Below are positions 50,501-53,002 of a DNA stretch of 53,002 nucleotides, piece by piece. Source of the stretch: Kiritimatiellales bacterium (lineage in GTDB: Bacteria > Verrucomicrobiota > Kiritimatiellia > UBA8416 > JAIOPI01); NCBI GenBank assembly GCA_945949405.1, contig CAMFEP010000001.1, positions 1 through 53,002 on the forward strand, written 5' to 3'. The notes beneath the pieces were generated by a model that saw only the letters and a program-made list of their open reading frames with translations, did not search any database and was not told where the DNA came from. The translations under genes and the position numbers were made by a program. How positions within the stretch are numbered: the first letter of the stretch is position 1; every line of letters starts with the position of its first letter.

Positions 50501-51844
50501 GCGGGGACCTACAAGCCCGGTATGCTGACGACGGATCGCTTCAATCTGAAGAGCGACGTGGCGCTGTACGGCGGGTTCGCCGGAACCGAGTCTGCGCGCA
50601 GCGGACGCGACTGGGCCGCGAATACGACGATCCTTTCGGGCGACCTCAACGGTGACGACACGTCGGGCTGGGGCAACCGCGCCGACAACGCGGTGAATGT
50701 GCTCTATGCCAGCGGCCTGACGGGCGTGGTGCTGGACGGGGTCACGGTGCTGGGCGGTTACAGCACGACGGGCAACGGCGGCGGCTTGAGCGCCAGTGCG
50801 TCCACGGTCACCGTGGCCAACTGCGTGTTCACGGACAACCGGGCGCTGAACGGCGGCGGCCTATATTTGAACAGCACGCCGGCGACCATCGAGAGCTGTC
50901 GGTTCGTCAGCAATGGGACGCCCAGCGGCGGCCAGGGCGCCGGGTTGTGGGCGCAGAGCGCATCCGCCGGCGTATCGGGCACCATCCTGAACTCCGTTTT
51001 CTTCGACAACGTGTGCGGCGTTTCCGGCAGCGGTGACGGGGGCGGGGCCTGGCTGAAGGACAACTCCTACACCCTCGTCAACTGCACGATCCACGGCAAC
51101 TATGCCGGACGGCGCGGTGGCGGTCTCAAACTGGGCAGTCAGGGCGTCACGCCGGTGACCTTCGTGGTGAAGAACTGCATCGTGCTGAACAACACGATTG
51201 GGAGCGGCAGCGGCCCGGATGTCTACACCCAGGCCGACAGCGGGACGTCGCAAACGCTGGACATGAGCTACTGCAACTGGGCGGGTGGCGGGACCTTCGG
51301 CAACTTCAGCGCCACCGTCAACACCGCCAACATGCAGGTGGCCAATCCGCTGTTCGAAAATGCTGCCGGCGGCGACTTCCACCTCACCTCGGGCAGTCCC
51401 TGCAAAAACGCCGGCACGGCCACGGGCGCCCCCGCGCTCGATTTCGACGGCATCACCCGCGACGCCTCGCCCGACATCGGCGCGTACGAATACGTGACGC
51501 CGCTGACGGTGACGATTGACCAGGCGGTGGGGCAGGCGGACCCGACCAGCGGGGCCACGATCAACTTCACGGTGGTGTTCAGCGCGGCGGTGGCGGATTT
51601 CGTGACGGGCGATGTGACGCTGGGCGGGACGGCGGGCGCGACGACGGCGGTGGTCAGCGGCGGTCCCACGACCTACAACGTGGCGGTGAGCGGCATGACG
51701 GTCGACGGCTCGGTGATCGCAACGATCGACGCGGGTCGGGCGCACGCGGCGGCGGGCAACGCCAACCTGGCCTCGAGCAGTACGGACAACACGGTGACGT
51801 ACAACGTGCCGCTGCCCGCCGTTACCGTGATCAAGTTTAAGTAA
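44516..51844 (+). CDS. Giant secreted protein: 4 x glycine-run domain, each with Ig-like repeats (11 in total), plus a parallel beta-helix and a C-terminal Ig-like domain
   Basis: ORF 44417..51844 (TTG). ATG 44516 is preferred ([27 protein letters not shown] signal peptide), 2,442 aa. Glycine-run blocks start in frame at 44609, 46118, 47624 and 49130. Beta-helix head: [47 protein letters not shown]. See findings. Confidence 0.85.
   Translation: [2442 protein letters not shown]
44609..50374 (+). repeat. In-frame tandem super-repeat, period 1,509/1,506/1,506 bp, 3.8 copies, with nested approx. 246-bp Ig-like sub-repeats
   Basis: GGCGGCAA(T/C) unit starts at 44609, 46118, 47624 and 49130. Each unit is a 257-aa Gly-run block plus 3 x 82-aa repeats; the last unit has 2. 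Copies are diverged (many synonymous and non-synonymous differences by eye), so they are not recent duplicates. Confidence 0.85.
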
Positions 51845-51858
51845 CGACCGTTCGGTTG

Positions 51859-51978
51859 GACGGGATGTACAGGATTTACAGGATTGCAGTTGATCGACGG
51901 CAATCATGGCATGGCGCATTTGTCGGGGGCTGCGTCGGTTCGCCGACTCGCCATCCTGTACATCCCGTCTATCCCGTC
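51859..51978. repeat. Composite hairpin: perfect 17-bp inverted repeat built from (A)C(G/A)GGAT units, 77-bp spacer
   Basis: GACGGGATGTACAGGAT (51859-51875) followed by an extra TTACAGGAT unit. ATCCTGTACATCCCGTC (51953-51969) followed by an extra TATCCCGTC unit. The spacer contains GTCGG-TTCG-CCGAC (51934-51947). Confidence 0.8.
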
Positions 51979-53002
51979 TTTCTGTTCTGAGCGATCGAGA
52001 ACGGAAGGTAAGATTCGCGGACGCAGTAGTCTGGTGTGGGCGGCGGTGCTGCTCGGGTTGTGGTGCGGAGAGCTGCCGGCACATGCGCAAGGCGCAGCGC
52101 CGCCAGAAATTATCAACGCGGGCCCCACGTCGATCACGGCTCACGGGGCTATGGCGCAGGTGGATCTGCTCTCCACCGGCGCGGCGCCAACCCAGGTGTG
52201 GATCTACTGGGGCGACGAGGATGGCGGTACGAACCAGGCTGGCTGGGATGCCGGCATCGCGCTGGATTGGCAGCCGGCGGGTCCGCTGGCTGCGGCCCTC
52301 GGCGATCTCGCCGACGTGCGGATCTACTACTACCGCGGTTACGCCTCCAACGCGTTCGGCGACGCGTGGGCACCCGACAGCCAGAGTTTCACCACCCGGC
52401 TGGATTTCGTCGCGATTGGCGGCACCAACTGGATCGGCGAGAACATGGACTTCGAGGACGCGATCACCCCGCGCCCCGGGTTTCCCTACATCGTGTGGGA
52501 CTGGGACGGCCACAACTATGTGAACGTTGGCAAGGACGGCACCTTGCGGCCCATGCGCGGGAATCTCATGATGGAGGCGGGCTCCACCACACGCCCCTGG
52601 GAATCGAACTACGCCGTCTACCACGACGTATTCAACCGTCAAGGCCCCCCCTACCTCGACTTCGCGCGCTACCGGGAAGCGATCACGAACGGCACGGCCC
52701 GATTCGTATTCACCTTCCACTACAACCGCGTCTCGTCGGCGTTCGATCCGCTGGTGGACACCATGGTGTTCGGCCAGGTCACCTTCTACAACCCGGCCAA
52801 TCAGGAAATCATCTCGCTCGGATGGCCCCGCGAAAGCCACTTCGCCTCGGACAACGACCCGGCGACGTGGGAGGCCGCGACGATCACCGCCGTCCTGCCG
52901 CCGACAGCCGTGCACGTCCGCATCTGGCTGGGGTGGTACGAAAACGTGAGCAACGAACAGGCGGCCGGGCAGGAATTCCGGGGCAACTACTTCGACAACA
53001 TC
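51911..53002 (+). CDS. Secreted protein with Fn3-like N-domain; partial, continues beyond the right window edge; start uncertain
   Basis: Absent from the ORF track (no stop in window). The frame is open from ATG 51911 to 53002. It reads ...KIRGRSSLVWAAVLLGLWCGELPAHAQGAAPPEIINAGPTSITAHGAMAQVDLLSTGAAPTQVWIYWGDEDGGTNQAGW...VRIYYYRGYASNAFGDAWAPDSQSFTT..., then ...FRGNYFDNI at the edge. The signal-peptide-like segment begins only near 52010. Confidence 0.6.
   Translation, partial: MAHLSGAASVRRLAILYIPSIPSFCSERSRTEGKIRGRSSLVWAAVLLGLWCGELPAHAQGAAPPEIINAGPTSITAHGAMAQVDLLSTGAAPTQVWIYWGDEDGGTNQAGWDAGIALDWQPAGPLAAALGDLADVRIYYYRGYASNAFGDAWAPDSQSFTTRLDFVAIGGTNWIGENMDFEDAITPRPGFPYIVWDWDGHNYVNVGKDGTLRPMRGNLMMEAGSTTRPWESNYAVYHDVFNRQGPPYLDFARYREAITNGTARFVFTFHYNRVSSAFDPLVDTMVFGQVTFYNPANQEIISLGWPRESHFASDNDPATWEAATITAVLPPTAVHVRIWLGWYENVSNEQAAGQEFRGNYFDNI

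Noticed and set aside
51906-52523. 205-aa ORF from the track downstream of the giant gene
   Set aside because: It has an Arg/Cys-rich wrong-frame composition. The neighbouring frame (from 51911) gives a signal peptide and Fn3-like sequence and stays open to the window end.

Overview
High-GC bacterial chromosome segment. From gene content (DUF1800/DUF1501 pair, TSP3/Calx-beta/CHRD fusions, huge beta-helix surface proteins, 23S-IVS-type four-helix-bundle gene) I infer a PVC-superphylum organism, probably Verrucomicrobiota-like; this is inference only. All coordinates and frame calls were made by hand.

Most of the window is ordinary housekeeping: mqo, hexose-6-P mutarotase, modAB, creatininase-family, pirin, MFS, xthA, dapF, prc-like S41 protease, HU, a polyprenyl glycosylphosphotransferase, ppdK and apt. 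Two CDSs that run off the window edges are missing from the ORF track (1..1566 minus; 51911..53002 plus).

Accessory content:
- Three toxin-antitoxin loci: DUF433/DUF5615 with a truncated toxin, a Gp49/HigB-like toxin decayed next to an intact HTH antitoxin, and an intact hipBA with three phased palindromic operators.
- A 3' half of a tRNA-Gln(CUG) beside 10-bp-phased short repeats, possibly an old attachment site.
- Gene debris where modC would be expected.
- A family of composite hairpins whose arms are tandem 6-9 nt units. One encloses a four-helix-bundle (23S rRNA IVS-type) gene, and a second nearby copy is empty.

The most unusual locus is 40.2-53.0 kb. It holds an AraC-family regulator, a 990-aa double beta-helix protein and a 2,442-aa protein. 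The giant protein is built from four glycine-run domains (ALK/gp38-like, putative polyglycine-II), eleven Ig-like repeats and a third beta-helix module. Both large genes carry the same upstream direct-repeat motif, and the first also has a G13 homopolymer in its leader.

I recognised no rRNA, intact tRNA, CRISPR array, transposase or integrase. The many long ORFs antisense to real genes are high-GC shadow ORFs.
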